Under the pieces are notes generated by a model. The model did not search any database. It was not told the origin of the DNA and saw only the letters and a list, made by a program, of their open reading frames with translations. The position numbers and the translations under genes are program-made. Shown piece by piece: positions 12,011-23,505 of a stretch of DNA of 32,960 nt. Numbering within the stretch: the first letter of the stretch is position 1; the number at the start of each line of letters is the position of its first letter. The DNA comes from Amoebophrya sp. A120 (taxonomy: Eukaryota > Protista > Dinoflagellata), in the NCBI GenBank assembly GCA_905178155.1, contig CAJINV010000001.1, positions 11,346,850 to 11,379,809 on the forward strand, written 5' to 3'.

Positions 12011-12534
12011 TTCAGAAACACCACCCTGGTATGAGAGGTTCCCGATTGGCTTATTCAACATTCGAACCGGACGGCCATGCGATTAGTACTGTTTCGACCA
12101 TACAGGACGCGTATCCGTTTCCTACCAACCATGGATACGCCGTGGAAGTCTTACGATAGCAAAGTTTTGGAGTGCTTCAAAAAGTAGAAAGTTGAGGTAT
12201 CATTCAGCACACCACGCGGATAACAAATATAATCTGTACTACTAGTCAAACCGATGACAATGCTACTGTCCCTGTTACAGATACAGACATTTCACGTCTA
12301 CGAATCAATGTCGCCTGTTTTCATAATGTTAATGGCCGCGCAGATCAAGATCATCATTCCTTCGTTTCACTTACAAAAACCCGAGGCTTGTTGGTCGAAC
12401 ATTCGAAACGTCCTTGGTGATGTTTCGGTACTTTTGTCCAAAGAGGAATGCGCAATGATTCGCGCACTTCACGGTTGTTCGGTGGGAACCAGCAGGCCAG
12501 CTGCATGTAACTTCGCGTTCTCCTTCTCAATCTG

Positions 12535-12774
12535 AATCTCCAAAAAGGAAAATGCGCAAAGATGAAAATAAAAAAACCATTTGTTCGGTTTGCTGCAGTG
12601 CGAGTGCAAGGACATGCGCTCGCGCACTCCTAGTGTTATTTTTTGTTCTTAGTTGGACCACGCAATTGCATGACCACTGGCTTGATTGTCATATCTGATG
12701 TTGTTACCAATATAGCATCTTTTCGATTTCGATGAGATTATCTGTGTATTTGTGTTGTAACAGTAAATGAGTTA
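12535..12774 (-). mobile_element. Candidate old introner in a small unresolved gene (about 12050-12889)
   Basis: Perfect 5-bp direct repeat CAGAT flanking taac...gatt; excision joins AEDADR to an open frame LRRRTRSYMQLACWFPP...RVF ending at a gtaag donor. Confidence 0.35.
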
Positions 12775-12989
12775 ATCTGTCCGCGTCTTCAGCTCCTCTT
12801 TCCAGTACATTTGTAGCTACATCATCAGTGCAAAAACTTTTCAAAATGAAAACACACCGGAATCGCGACTGGGACGAAGAAGAAACCATTCCTAAGCCTC
12901 AAAAATCAGCCGCATCATGGGTGACGTAGAAGTTCGAGTGAGTCAAAGTGTCTTGCGCCGACCCTCCTGCTCCTGTCTTTGCAGTCTGT

Positions 12990-15511
12990 CTAGTAGGTTT
13001 TCCGTGCGATCAGGGACTTCAGATCGATTTTGCCTTGCTCCTCGTAATCCGCTTTGGTGATTTCGTAGTAAGGAAACGTGGAGAAGCTGGCAAACATCGA
13101 CCCCCCTATCCAGGCGGCGTTTTTTCGCTGCGAATCCAGGACCAGCTCAACTTTGCTTCCGACGAGCTTCTGCACCTCGCTGCTTATTCTGCCGGGAACG
13201 CCAGGAAGCATGCTTGTACCTGTGCGTGATATTGCGGTTGTCTTTTTTATTGAAAGCTTGATCCTCGCAAGGATCACACGGCAGAGTGTATCTCCTCTGA
13301 TTTGTGTCCTGGCCTGCCGAAACCGGCGATCAATCACAACTTTTAGGACTAACAGACCTGGCTGCTCAGAGGCATTTTCCTATGATGATGTACGTGCTCT
13401 TCATTGTTGCATGATGGTGCAGGTGCAGCGAATGCGAAGAAGATGCCGCTGCAGCTCCAGCTGAAGAACATGGATGGTCCACAGAGACAGACATGATCAT
13501 GATATAGATATTGCAAAATGTTGTAGACGCTCAAATACCTCCTGTGAGCACAATGTTGTGCATGCACTCGGCGCGGAATTCAGGGTCTAGGGTGTTCAGG
13601 GCAGAAGCACAGATGTGTTGCACGCTCTGCTCCTCGTCACTGGAAAAGAGGACTTCCCCCGCAGCATAACGAATGTCGTGCGGGATCTGATTTTTTTTTG
13701 CGCATTCACATTCTTACAAGACGTAATGAGTTACAAGTTTCTCATGCAACAGTTGTTCCTACTTTAGTCAAATTCATGGCGCGATTGCCATGCACTTCTA
13801 CTTCATTTGTAATTCCAGTTAGCCACCATCACAAACGGAAAAATGAAATTATGAAATCCATAAACAACTACAGGTGAATCCTTACCTGTACGATGCTGCC
13901 GTCTGGTAATTCGAAGGACCTGTGTTCCTGGTCAGATGGGTCCTTGCTGAAGGTATGGACACAAAAAGCATGACAAAGCTCGTCCTCGTCTATTCCGAGA
14001 GTACTTGCTGGTCTTTGTAGGCCTATCATCTTCCACGAGCATGGAGGACAGACACGTACTGGCTACCTATCGGCGGGGAGCTTTGCCGCTTTTCGTTTTC
14101 TGTTTTCATTTTCATATGAGCAGGCTTTATCGTAATCAATAACAACTTCGCAGAGTTTTTCTTTCATCTTTCGCATGACGAGCACTTGCTGGGCGGGCTC
14201 GAACTCCGGTACAATTCGAGCGTCGACACACCGGGCGTAAAGCTCCTCCGTAGTGAATCGCATGCAAAATCACCCTCATCACCCTCCATCTGCAAAAAAA
14301 TGCGGAGACTCGTAAAATCTTAATCTATCAGGCCCAAGGCCGAGCGTAATTGTTGAGGATCGAGGAGTACACTGTAGTGAATTTTCATCTTGCATCATCT
14401 AGGAGGGGGTACGTTGTAATTGTATGGATCAGCGTTACAAGTCAACGGAAATAAGGGTCGTGAGGGGATGTTATCCGATGGGATATGATGTCGGAGCCAC
14501 CGCAGTCCAGTTTGAACATGGCATGTGGTATTGCGTAGCCCTCGAAGACCTGAGATTTAGATAGAAGAATGCACAAAAACTACATGTAGTTCCATCTGCA
14601 CCTTATCGCCCTGCTATGTATACTTCTTTTTGTGAATGTGCTTGGATATTGATGCAGAAAGCAACCATGAAGCATATGATTTTCGCTGAAAATAACCCAT
14701 CTTCGTAATAAGACAGCGTAAGAGTACCGGAACAGCGTGCGTGACTCCATCACCGGACTCCAGAACCAGACCTCTCGTCTTCCCGGTTGAAAAAAGCGAC
14801 ATAACAGCCGTGTTGAACATGGCCAGACTCTTCACCTTGAACTTCTCGAAAAGCAGCTGGAGTTTTTTGGGATTTAGAATTTGCATGTAGAAGCGCCCGT
14901 ACTTACTACGCGAAGTAGCTGCTTGGCTTTTTCCTTTCCCAAGCCAGCAAGCGGAACAAAAAAAAGTATTCGTGCGCGGAAATTCCTTGGAAAGAAAACT
15001 AAAACTTCTGTTAATTCATCATACTTACCTCGCCCATCCACTCCCGGGCGGCTTTTGTTTCTGTTGGTGAGTCGAGCAGCAACACGGGAAAATCTTCCGG
15101 CTCGACCCCTAGGACCTTGGTAAATGCGTGCTGCAACAAGCTCTCAACCGCAGAGCCGCCTGCCTCGCTCCCGTGATCGATCATTCCGCGCTTTACTGGG
15201 TAGGTCAATACCGGGCTCCCTGATACGCTCGCGGCTTCCCCGCCTTGGCTTTCCGATGCTACCGCGGCGCTGTTGTATTGGTAGGCCTCCAGTCCCAACA
15301 GCGTCTTCTTTGTTTTCTCTACTTGTCCGGCTGCACTCCCGCTGGACTGGCCGAGCCCTCCACCCGCAATGATCTCCACCTGGCCTACGACTGTATCTAC
15401 GCACGCCCGCGGCGCGTCCTCGCCGCAGAAGCCGATTTTAGTCACTCCGGAGCCCATGTCGATGACGATGACGTCCGTCTCGTCCATCGTGGCCTCTAGG
15501 TCCATCGCCAT
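12990..15511 (-). CDS. Actin-related / actin-like protein, 7 exons
   Basis: Actin-fold motifs VIVIDMGSGVTKIGFCGEDAP, YPVKRG, LFEKFKV, GLVLESGDGVTHAVPVFEGY, KEKLC, FELPDG, NIVLTGGTSMLPG, AAWIGGSMFAS. GT-AG introns 14857-15028, 14550-14727, 13947-14066, 13687-13885, 13220-13538; one non-canonical intron about 14256-14485. Confidence 0.92.
14256..14485 (-). mobile_element. Non-canonical introner-like intron in the actin-related gene
   Basis: Minus CATCA|tatcccat...atgcgatt|CACTA; excision gives GGSDITEEL (actin AGRDLTDYL); in-frame stops inside and no frame-compatible GT-AG pair at this junction. Confidence 0.75.
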
Positions 15512-16559
15512 CTTCGCCGGTGTTGCTTCGTTTACTTTTTCCAACGTGCACCAAATAAAACGAGCAAACAGGAAGCGACGAACACGAAGGTAGCAGTGGT
15601 AGACCCGCTACCAGCTGAGGATGAAGACACGAAGAAAGTTGCAGTCCGTCCGCAGTACAAAGCCGGTTGTGTAGGTAGCGGCGAACAAAAAGTGGATGGT
15701 GGTCCTTTCTATGCCTATGCGCAACGTCGCGCCGGTTGCTCACCCTACGAGGAGCCCAGCGTCGCGGGTATTTGCCTCTTTTCCCACTCGACTTACCGCA
15801 CAAGGTTGTCAAAGCAACAAGGATGATGCAAACACAAACAATCGTAGCTGTACTTCCATTTGTTCACTATGCCTAAGCTTCCGCTACATAATTTTTTCAC
15901 TCACCTTGGCCATGAACAAACAGTGTTGTTCGTGCTGCGACGCGAAGCAGATTTATCTCACAAGGTGAGGTAGGAATTCCTGTTCCTCCACAGCAACATA
16001 TTATCCCTCATTGAATCCAGGAGCCATCACGACATTTGCGTTCTCTCGAAGAACTCACTGCAGCCCACGACTTCGACTGTTCCACGCGGGCGTGAATTTC
16101 ACGTCCTCAAGGGATAGTTCTCTCCCCCGTTGAGACCAGCCACTCAGCACGTCCCAGCGATGTCGGAAATCAAACCGGACCTGCCTCCAGCAAACTCGTC
16201 TTCTAAAGCAATACCGAGGTAGTTACAGGAAGAGCTCATTAGGGCGAACAAGAACTTTTTATCTTCGGATGAAATATTAGCGCTGCGCTTAGACAGAAAG
16301 CAGACAGCGAGGTGGGACTGGCAGTGGCAGCATCCCAATAGACCTGCATGGAGGTCAACCACAATGCCGAGCCCGCGTGCTGCCTTCGATGGCACTGCCA
16401 CTGGATAGCTTTTTTTCATCTCCTGATTGTGGTGTCGATACTTAAATGGTGGCATCTAATTGATCCTGCCTGTGTAGTTTGCACGTGTAAAAACTGTGGC
16501 TACTTCTTTCCTTCACATTTTTCATACGACCTCCAGATACTTCATTTTTACGCTTCATT

Positions 16560-17897
16560 TTAGCGGTGTAGTCTCGGTGCTTCATACGGTCCACCTGGGT
16601 CGTCCTCGGTGGTCGCTGCTGGAATGGAGGTTGTGCTTCTGACACGGACGCGCGCATTGTCGTTGCTGCCGATTCTTAGCTTGACCTTTACCTTATTCGT
16701 AGTTGTAAATTCGCCGTCGTCCTCCTGCTGGGCGGAATTCCCGACGGACCCGGTACCACCCCCTTGCCCTTATGCAATTTCGTCAAATTTTGACGCGTTG
16801 TACTTGATGCTCGTCCTCATCTCCAGGATCTTATATTTGTTCTACCAAGCCCCACTGTCAGTCTCATCAACTTCGTCTGAATCTATTCAAAAACTACACC
16901 TTAAGCTTTGGCTTTCCACTATGCAAGTGCTGAGCACTTTCCTGTCTCGTTAGTTGCACGCTTTGATTAATTTGATCTTCATTGTCAGCGAGATGGAGAT
17001 CGACGTTGCTTATGCATCATTCTGATCGAGATCGAGATGTTCGAGGCCGGCCAGAAATGTACGCAAAACGAAGAAATTCATGCGTCGTATCATGTTCAAC
17101 CTCACACCGTCTGCGTCCACGTCGCCTCTGGCATTCACAGTGGCCGAGTTGCCGTATTGGTCCCTCGTCGCTTTGGTCACCTCCTCGTAGCTGTCCCCGT
17201 CCCCGCTACTTCCCCTAGCGTATGTGAGCGTCAGGCGGGAAGCCAAGTTTGCCAAAAAGTCGACATTGAGAAAATTCAAATGTACCACGGAAAGCTCAGA
17301 CACTCTCCGTGCTACGAACATGCGCGAAGAGCGAAAGCGATTAACATTTTGCCATCAATATTAAAATGCACTTGATGGTCGATTCCACCTCCCTAGCTGA
17401 CACTATCATACCCTTCTTCGCCGCCGTCTCCTTCTACTACCGCGCTCGCGCCCTTCGCCTTGGCTTTCACGTTTTCCTTCGCGGTTGACAAACGAGGTTG
17501 GTGGGGCTTCGCTGCTGGTACTGCTGTCCTCCGCGTTGGAGCCATAGGCACGATCTGCTTCCTCCAGACCTTCGTTAGACGCGCTGTGAGCACTGTGACT
17601 GTGTTGTGCTTCCGCACTATCCGCAAGGTGGAGCTGCTTCTGCTTGTTGCTGTTGGGCTTCGACAAAATCCCCGGCAAGGCGGCTCGTCCTGAACCGATT
17701 CCGGTGTAATCCTCGAGTTCCTTCGCCTTGTGTTCAAAATTTTCTCGCTGGTAAGCCGCTTCGTCTTCGACCAGCTGCTTGGTAGCTGCACATCGAACCG
17801 CGGTAGTCACTAGGATGACCAAAATCATAACCATTACTCGTGTGCCTTTCAGCAACACCAGAAAATCTAGGTGGTGGCGGCCCGCTGCTTGTCGCAT
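16560..17897 (-). CDS. Hypothetical protein with N-terminal hydrophobic segment and charged low-complexity regions (exon structure uncertain)
   Basis: Open frames 17406-17897, about 17011-17215 and about 16560-16770 on the same strand; hydrophobic VMVMILVILVTTAV near the start. Confidence 0.45.
17221..17410 (-). mobile_element. Candidate introner-like intron
   Basis: TIR tatgatagtgtcag vs tatgtgagcgtcag (11/14); removing element plus 5 nt joins RRRRR to GGSSGDGDSYEEV in frame; the direct repeat AAGGG/TAGGG is offset by 3 nt. Confidence 0.55.
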
Positions 17898-18422
17898 CGT
17901 AACAAGCGATGCGTTTTTAGCTGGGACAAAAGATGAAGATCATACTACTGGAAACTACAGCATCTTGCAGTGATGAGCGACCATGTGCCACTGCATCAGG
18001 CACTTCTGCAAACAACCAAATGACCCAAAAACGATCGGCATGAATCTCCAAACGTGCTGCACGATGCTAAACGATTTTTTGTGACATCGTCTTTTCCCGT
18101 CACACCCGAGACACGTGAATCATAACGAGCGTGCGTGCAGCTCGTCGTTAATGTCAACCGTCTACACTCGGTGCCAGGCACTCCTCGTCGCTCTTGTTCA
18201 TCGTACATTTGCATGTTACTTTGCACTCCTACTGGTATCTCAAAGAATGCACACAAGCCGCGGCGCATTGCCATTGCGAACAGACTGTCAATGGAGTAGA
18301 AGAAGGCGAATAAAGCTGCGTCGAGCTTGCCCGTCTAAAGCGGCGACGTCATTTCGAACTGGAATTGGAATACGAAAATGCGAAATGGGCACTGCGGCCG
18401 GCCTGTGCTTCCGAAAAAGCAC

Positions 18423-21400
18423 TCAGTCAGCAAACGCTGCCCGGCTTAGATTTTCAAGCATCTCCGCCGTGTTGGAATACTCCGGTACAGAACGAGAACC
18501 AAATTGATAGTAAAGAGCATCAACAGGTCATAATTCACTGCAAGCTCGTATTGATTACCCGCTTGACAGATCCTGGAGCCACATAGGGAAGTGCTTCCAC
18601 AGTCCCGTACCCATCTGGGCCGCGCTGGATCTGGAAGGAAACCTGAAAGTTTGATCGACTTTTTCTTGGGGTTGCGCTCTTCATTTGATGGATTCATGTT
18701 GGTTAGCAACGAGGAGACGAGCATCAAGCTCAATCTCAAACTCATACTTGCGCCGGCGAGATCGCGAAAAGATTCATGTTCGCAGTCTTTATTCTTTTTC
18801 TTTCTGGTGCGGATATTAATATTATACGTCGTCTAAACATTCAAAAAAAATCGATAATGAGAGACGACCATCAATACTTCCCCTCAACTTTACATGACTA
18901 CACGAGAAAATCATACAATGTCTCCCGGCTTCAAATCTTCTGGCGTTCCACTCTCGTTCAACTTTGCATCATTAAGATGCAGTGCGCGCACTCCCACACA
19001 GCCGATCGTGAGGCTTTTTCCCTCGCCTTTCACCGTTCCCACGAAGCCGCGCTGGTTCAAATTCTGGGGAGGTAACTCCGAACCTGGTGATCAATTTTTC
19101 GTGTGTTGGTGACGCTATCGCCAAAAATAAGAAAAATCATGATTATGGTAGTACGCATTTGCTGTGTACTCGGTTACGATCGTATTTGTACGTCGAACTC
19201 GAACTATATCAGATTCATCGGTATTGATTGTCATGACAGCGGTTCAAAGGTGGAACTCCCAAGCTGATTATACCGTGTTTGAAGCGTAGGCAAGCGGCGC
19301 CACTCGGGTCCATTTGCACCTGAAACGCCAGAACCGCTCCCTCCGGTAAATGTAGAAAGGACAGTGTGGGCAGAGAGATCGTGGGAAACAACGCTGCAAG
19401 CTCCGGACAAGCGATGTGCGTTTTCTTGCTGGCGCTGTCTCGTAGATACTGGCCCGTAAAGTGAACGGTGGAAAAGTGGACGCTGCTCAGCGGGGTCTTT
19501 TTTGTTCCTGATAAAAGAGTTTTCGTGGACCATGCCAAAGCTAGAAGAGAGGACCGTTGAGGGAGCTTGGAAGAAGCAAATTAAAGTTGGCAAAGCAGGA
19601 ATGTTGTTTTTTGACTTTCGGCGTCGAGGAAAAAAGAAAAATGGTCAGTGACAGTGAAGAACGTCAAACAAATCAGTCGTACGCGCAGTCGGACTTTTAC
19701 CGCAACTTGTATCCCCCGGCTCCACGCCCCAAGATTCTAACTCGTTTTCAAAGTAAGCGCACTTCGGGAAGTTTTCGCTGTTGTGATGAAAGCCCGGCCC
19801 CGGGGGAAAGTCCGTAGTTGGTTGCCACCTTTTCGCCGGTGTTGAAGTAGAAGAGTTTCCTTTTCTAGCTGGAACTGGTTGCGCTTTCAACTCTTGCTGT
19901 CGCGGCACAGAATTTTTCATCTCGACGCCGTCGCGAGTCGTAAGCACAGTTTTGCTACTGGTTGTATTTTCGTCATCAAGAACTTGCTTCACCACGTTTG
20001 CGGTCGTGCTAGGTGGGCGTGCCCGTTTCATCTTGACACCGCCACTAGTCGTAAAGGCGGCGCTCCAAGGCTTTACCCGTTCTTCTGCATTTCCATTCGG
20101 GCTGCTGCGCGTCTTGCCAACGGCAGTATCAGTGTGGTCGTCGTGGCCGTAGTCCTTCTCCTGTTCATTCCACGAAGACCTAGACTGTGATCCGCTTGTA
20201 AGATTTTCATGCTTCTGCTGTTTGCCATCATGCTGTTGCGGACCATACTTTTTCATCTCTTTGTCATCCTTCTCGTCCCACCACGGCTGCGTGTTTTCTT
20301 CCCCATCGTCCAAGCCCTTTTCCTTCCAGTCGTGGTTCCGATTCTCTCGTCTGGTGTTCCACGACCCGTTTTGATTGTTCCAACTGGACGATGATGATGA
20401 CGAAGAGCTGGCTGATGTGCTCGCGTTTTGGTCTCCTCCTGCTTTCCTTCCCCAGCTAGAAGACCAGTCTTCCTCTCTACCATCTTCTTCGCTCCACCTT
20501 TTCCACGAATTGGAAGAGTTTTTCTCGCCCTCACTGTTCTTGCTGGGGTTATTTTGGGTTTGTTCTTCTTCCCAGCCTTTTTTTTGCCAGGTATAGTCTT
20601 CTTTGTTCCACCATTGTGAAGAAGACTTCCAGGAGGAAGAGGAAGTAGACGTAGACCGATCCTGCTTCTCGTCGTTCCAAGAATTCTTGTAGCTGTGGTC
20701 CTGCTGTTTTTCATTTCGTTCCCACCAGCAAGAATTATTCGTGTGCTTGTCACTTTGCCAGCCTTGTTTCTTGTCGTCGTCCCATCCGTCTACTTCTCGC
20801 TTCTGGTAATATTCCGCAGGCTCACCCCGACTGCGACTGCTCGTTTTCCATGATGAGTTTCTTTCCTCCTCCTCGTCTTGATTCTTTCTACTTTTGCCGG
20901 TATCGTCTTCTTTGTCTTTCTGTTTTTCGCTTTCCCACCATTCAGCATTGTTTTTCTTCCTTGAGGACCACCCGGATGAAAAGGCTCTATACGTATCGCT
21001 GTCGTGGTCGCGATGCCTTGAGCTACTGCTTGCATTTTTCTCCCTCGTCGGCTCAACATGTTCTACTCGAGGATCCGGTGTTCTATTGGTGTTTGCATTT
21101 GTCTATGAAATGCAAAAGCATCGCACTAGTAGTAATCGCATTACAAATTCGCTCAGCATTACAAATGGAATTTCTCATGCTGATTTACATTGAGAAAGAG
21201 ATTTGTCATGCATAATTGCGATTACTACGAGTACGATGCTTTTGCGTTGCATATTGTCCCCCCGCCGAGTCCGCAGTCTTCTTTCCATATGACACCCTCA
21301 GAATGGAAATCCTCAAAGTGGAAATAATTTGTAATGCAAAAAAACGACTCCAGTTGAAGCGCCATTTCTAGTCGGCGCATGACAGATTTTCCGGGCACTC

Positions 21401-23505
21401 AAAGCATGTCTGTCATGCTAAGTAGGCAAAGGGGTGCCCTTCTGTCGTGCTAAGCAGCACTCCAATTCTTCACCCCTAGCAGGACAATAGTCGGCCTCCA
21501 TTGCGTCCTCTGCAATACAGTCTTTTTTGCGTGGCATTTCATGCATCACAAATTATTTTCACTTTGAGGATTTCCATTCTGAGGCTTTCATATCCCACTT
21601 GTCGTGCTTCCAGTGACCTTCGTCGTCGTTTTCTTGGTCGTTCTTAGCACGGCTCTGGTAGCAGCTGCCCTTCTCGCGCTTCACTTGTTCCGCTCGAGCC
21701 TTCTGGTTCTGTTTGTAGGCGCAAAATTCCCGATATTGCTCTTCGATGAATCTCTCTGCATCTTGTATTTCTGCATTCACATTTTGCCCGCGCCCGTCCC
21801 TCTCAGCGCCGTCGAAGGAAGACCGTTGGGAAGACCACGAGGACGAGGACCGAAGACGCCCCATCGGCTGCGGTAGTGGTGCACTTGACACTGAGGAAGA
21901 CAGCGATTTTTGTTTCTCCATCTTCAAGGCTGTGGCTTGCGTTTGCTTTTGCTCCGAAACTTTGATCATGTTCTGCACGGCGTCGCCCTCAAAAGAGATT
22001 TTCGGCGCGTGGTGCTGTTGCGTCGCGTGGTGTTCTCCGTGAAGAGTTGGAGCAGGTTTGAAATTTGATGCCTCGCACGATACTGAAACTGACACACTTT
22101 GCTGCGGCGTCACTGGTCCTGGATTGACTCTCGCGGTTTGATGGCTTTTCTGTGTCAGGGCAGACGCTATACTGTCTTCAGATCGTCGCTTGCCGGCTGG
22201 AAATTTTGTCGCCCAGGCGCTCTCCCAATCCGTTGGGGCGCGGGAACGGGTAGAGGAGGGCGCTCCTGCTTCTCCACGCTCATTTTTATCAACTTCCGGA
22301 CTACTTTCTGACTCGGGACACTCTACGACAAAGTTGGTGCCCATAGCATACTCCTTCTTTTGCGGACGTGGGCGAGCCTCATCCGGCGAGCTCTTGGCCG
22401 CGATTGCCTGCTCTACGTTTTCGGCTTCACCAATATCGTGATCACGAGGGGAAAGATGAGCAGAGTAATGCTCACAGCCCTGCTTTGACGGCAGAAACAA
22501 CGAAGTGCTCTGCTTCGAGGTGGGCAGTGACACGGAATCAGTGCCAAGCTGCGCAGTATCCTTCGTGGTTGCTTTCGAGGCTGAAGTCGACAGTGGTCGT
22601 TTTGTCAAGTACAAGGCTTCGTCTTGTTGGCCCTCCTTTGTCAAATAGGCCTGCGCTGTCTCCTGCTCGTGGATACCGTATTTCAGAGCTGCGTTAGCTT
22701 CAAGGAACGCTCCTGCTCCAACGCCCTCCTGCTGCAACAGAACGCCAGCTGGGGCCAAAGTAGGTGCGATGCCCTTACACCCCACGTTCGCAGCTGCTGC
22801 GTCCTGCTCTGACTCGTCATCTTCTGCGAGACCCATTCCCGGGGGGAGCCTCATTGCTACTTTCGACGCAGCACACGACAACTCCAAAGAAGCGGGTAGA
22901 TTACGTGTAGCGTCTTCGGGCACATGTTGACGCAATACCTCTACTTCCGCCGCATCCTCAAAACACTCCGCGGAAGGTGTCAGCTGCGGGGCGGGCGTGC
23001 CTGCGTCGTGGTAGATTTCGCCAGGGGACGAAATGGTAGCCGAATCCTTCGACAACGCTGGCATGCGAATACTGAAGTGACTCTCTGCGGGACTTGTCGC
23101 GGACCAAGTAGTTCCGACCGGCAATATATTTCGATTTCCAGCATCAGCAGCAAATCCAGTTTCGTCATAACTGCGGGCGTTATAGAAATCGACTTCCACG
23201 CTGGTGTCGATGGCTGTACCCTCTCGGCTCGTTGCTGCGACGAAGGGTTGCGGTTGCCCTTCTCGGTGTACTTTCTGCTGTATTTCGAATCCATCGTCGT
23301 CAGCGAGACAGTTTTCATCTCCATCGGCCAAACCCGAAGCGCTTTGAGGCGGATAGAGTAAATCTAAATCTAGATCATCTATTGGCGGTGGAAGACCCCC
23401 GTGCAAGCTGGATATTGACGTCGCGCCCGACAAGGCCGACAAGCGGGCCGGAGCCTCGATCTCGTCATTGTCCGGAGATGAAGCGAAATCGTTGAGCGGC
23501 TGCAT
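18423..23505 (-). CDS. Large protein: acidic disordered N-terminus, Trp-rich charged middle region, C-terminal degenerate cold-shock/OB-fold-like repeats
   Basis: ORF 21559-23574 joins via two introners and a 34-nt exon to an open frame 21102-19660, then GT-AG introns lead to FTGQYLRD...HIACPELAALF...LPEGAVLAFQV and GFVGTVKG...LKPGDIYEFEIELD, which resemble cold-shock-domain repeats; 3' end approximate. Confidence 0.65.
21104..21253 (-). mobile_element. Introner element, family A copy 1 (150 nt)
   Basis: Perfect 5-bp direct repeat GACAA; TAT...ATA ends; TIR core gcaaaagcatcgcactagtagtaatcgca has 2 mismatches in 29; excision keeps frame (GGGTNANT). Confidence 0.92.
21288..21592 (-). mobile_element. 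Introner element, 305 nt, long TIR
   Basis: TIR cctcagaatggaaatcctcaaagtg(g/a)aaataatt, 34 nt with 1 mismatch and extending further; ends tatga...tcata; direct repeat TGGGA/TGGAA; excision removes the stop at 21559 and keeps frame. Confidence 0.92.

Noticed and set aside
15600-16460. Possible small minus-strand gene between the actin-like gene and the 16.5 kb gene
   Set aside because: Several competing short frames, none convincing
5534-21561. Possible stop-codon reassignment, since frames resume after TAA/TGA
   Set aside because: The stops fall inside introns or hairpin elements; long exons are free of stops and recognised genes end in normal stops (e.g. TAG for VTI1 and the actin-like gene)
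21104-21592. Hairpins read as terminators, miRNA precursors or tRNA-like genes
   Set aside because: Target duplications, dispersed copies and frame restoration on excision fit inserted introns better
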